Source of the DNA: an uncultured Verrucomicrobiae bacterium | Lineage (GTDB): Bacteria > Verrucomicrobiota > Verrucomicrobiia > Chthoniobacterales > JAATET01 | Assembly (NCBI GenBank): GCA_963719495.1 | Contig: CAVRCI010000006.1 | Location: 1-64,000, forward strand | DNA length: 64,000 bases | Reading direction: 5' to 3' | In this document: piece after piece, positions 63,337-64,000 of the stretch | How the letters are laid out: each line of letters begins with the position of its first letter | Numbering within the stretch: position 1 is the first letter of the stretch | The notes under the pieces: generated by a model | The model's input: the letters and a program-made list of their open reading frames with translations, nothing else | Told to the model about the DNA's origin: nothing | The model's database searches: none | Program-made: the position numbers and the translations under genes

Positions 63337-64000
63337 ATGAACAAACGTCGAGTGACTCTGCGCGATATCGCGGAGCGAGCCAAATTGTCCCGAGCGGCGG
63401 TCTCGTTCGCGCTGCGCAATCATCCGCGGATGCCCCAGAGCACCATCGACCGGGTGCAAATAGATCGCGCGCGAACTCGGTTACGCGCCCGACCCCGACG
63501 TGTCGAAATTGATGGCCCACGTCCGCGGCAACCAATCGACTCCCTACCGGGCGACCATCGCGTGGCTGACTGCGTGGCCGACCGAGGAGGGCTGGCATCC
63601 TTATCGCAAAAACCTCCGCATTTTCGACGGCGCGCAACGCCGGGCCGAAAGCCTCGGCTACCTGCTGGAACCCTTCTGGTTGCGGGCCGAGGGGATGACC
63701 GGAAAGCGCGCCGTGTCCATCCTGCAGGCGCGCGGGGTCGAGGCCGCCATCGTGGCGCCGCTCCCCGACGGCATGACGACGATCGATTTCGAATGGTCGG
63801 CCTTCTCCATCGCGGCGATCGGGCACTCGCTCGAGGACCCCGACATCCACCGCGTCGAAAGCGCCCACGCCGACAATTTCGAATTGGCCCTGCGAAAAAT
63901 TCGTGAGCGCGGGGTGACGAGGATCGGCTTCGTCGAGACCGAGGGCACCGACTCCCGCGTCGCCCACGCTTGGACGGGAGCGTTCCTCGCGGATCAGCAA
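63337..64000 (+). CDS. LacI-family transcriptional regulator, frameshifted near 63460 and running off the window end
   Basis: HTH MNKRRVTLRDIAERAKLSRAAVSFALRNHP lies in ORF 63337-63906. The continuation in another frame reads ARELGYAPDPDVSKLMAHVRGNQSTPYRATIAWL...ERGVTRIGFV. Confidence 0.6.

Overview
This is a high-GC (roughly 65%) bacterial chromosomal window, densely coding on both strands. The gene content (PEP-CTERM sorting signal, FG-GAP and DUF4394 secreted repeat proteins, a sulfatase remnant, a hexuronate/pectin utilisation cluster) suggests a Verrucomicrobia-like organism, but that cannot be confirmed from sequence alone. Recognisable housekeeping genes are serS, mutS, miaB, guaA, aat, folB, a DapA-family lyase and a ferredoxin. 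Transport and signalling genes include a split pqiA plus a multi-MCE pqiB, an SbtA-like permease, a TauE/SafE exporter, a GPH sugar symporter, two sensor kinases, an OmpR-type regulator and an Hpt protein. The 3' end carries a carbohydrate cluster: a LacZ-like GH2, a UxaE-like epimerase, a second GH2, an oligogalacturonate lyase and two LacI-family regulators. The accessory content, in order of interest, is as follows. (1) An NfeD/YqiJ-like protein, a flotillin/YqiK SPFH protein and a 1656-aa protein with a C-terminal MoxR/McrB-like AAA+ ATPase form an apparent operon. A VapBC toxin-antitoxin cassette bracketed by 27-bp palindromic direct repeats is inserted into its intergenic spacer. Its 3' end is tandemly duplicated, with two ~865-bp direct repeats bracketing a ~1.77-kb low-GC insert. 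The insert carries three small uncharacterised genes and a decayed HigB-like toxin. (2) An ammonium transporter is fused to a PP2C phosphatase and a GHKL partner-switching kinase. It is followed by a SiaC-like DUF1987 protein and is translationally coupled to an upstream hybrid histidine kinase. (3) The pqiA-pqiB genes are followed by three tandem, overlapping paralogous helical-repeat proteins of unknown family. (4) A HATPase_c protein is paired with a DUF4325/STAS-like protein. (5) There are at least two families of intergenic repeats (a GAACGAAG-rich inverted-repeat element and TYTCGAK heptamer arrays). A data-quality caveat applies throughout. At least a dozen otherwise clear genes are split by frameshifts at G/C or T homopolymer runs (LacI, the HATPase protein, mutS, the hybrid kinase, the SDR, TauE, the DUF4394 protein, the OmpR regulator, one helical-repeat paralog, the second LacI and the FG-GAP protein). 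This pattern suggests indel errors in the assembly rather than true pseudogenes. No CRISPR array, rRNA gene or integrase was seen. One tRNA-Gly(GCC) is present.
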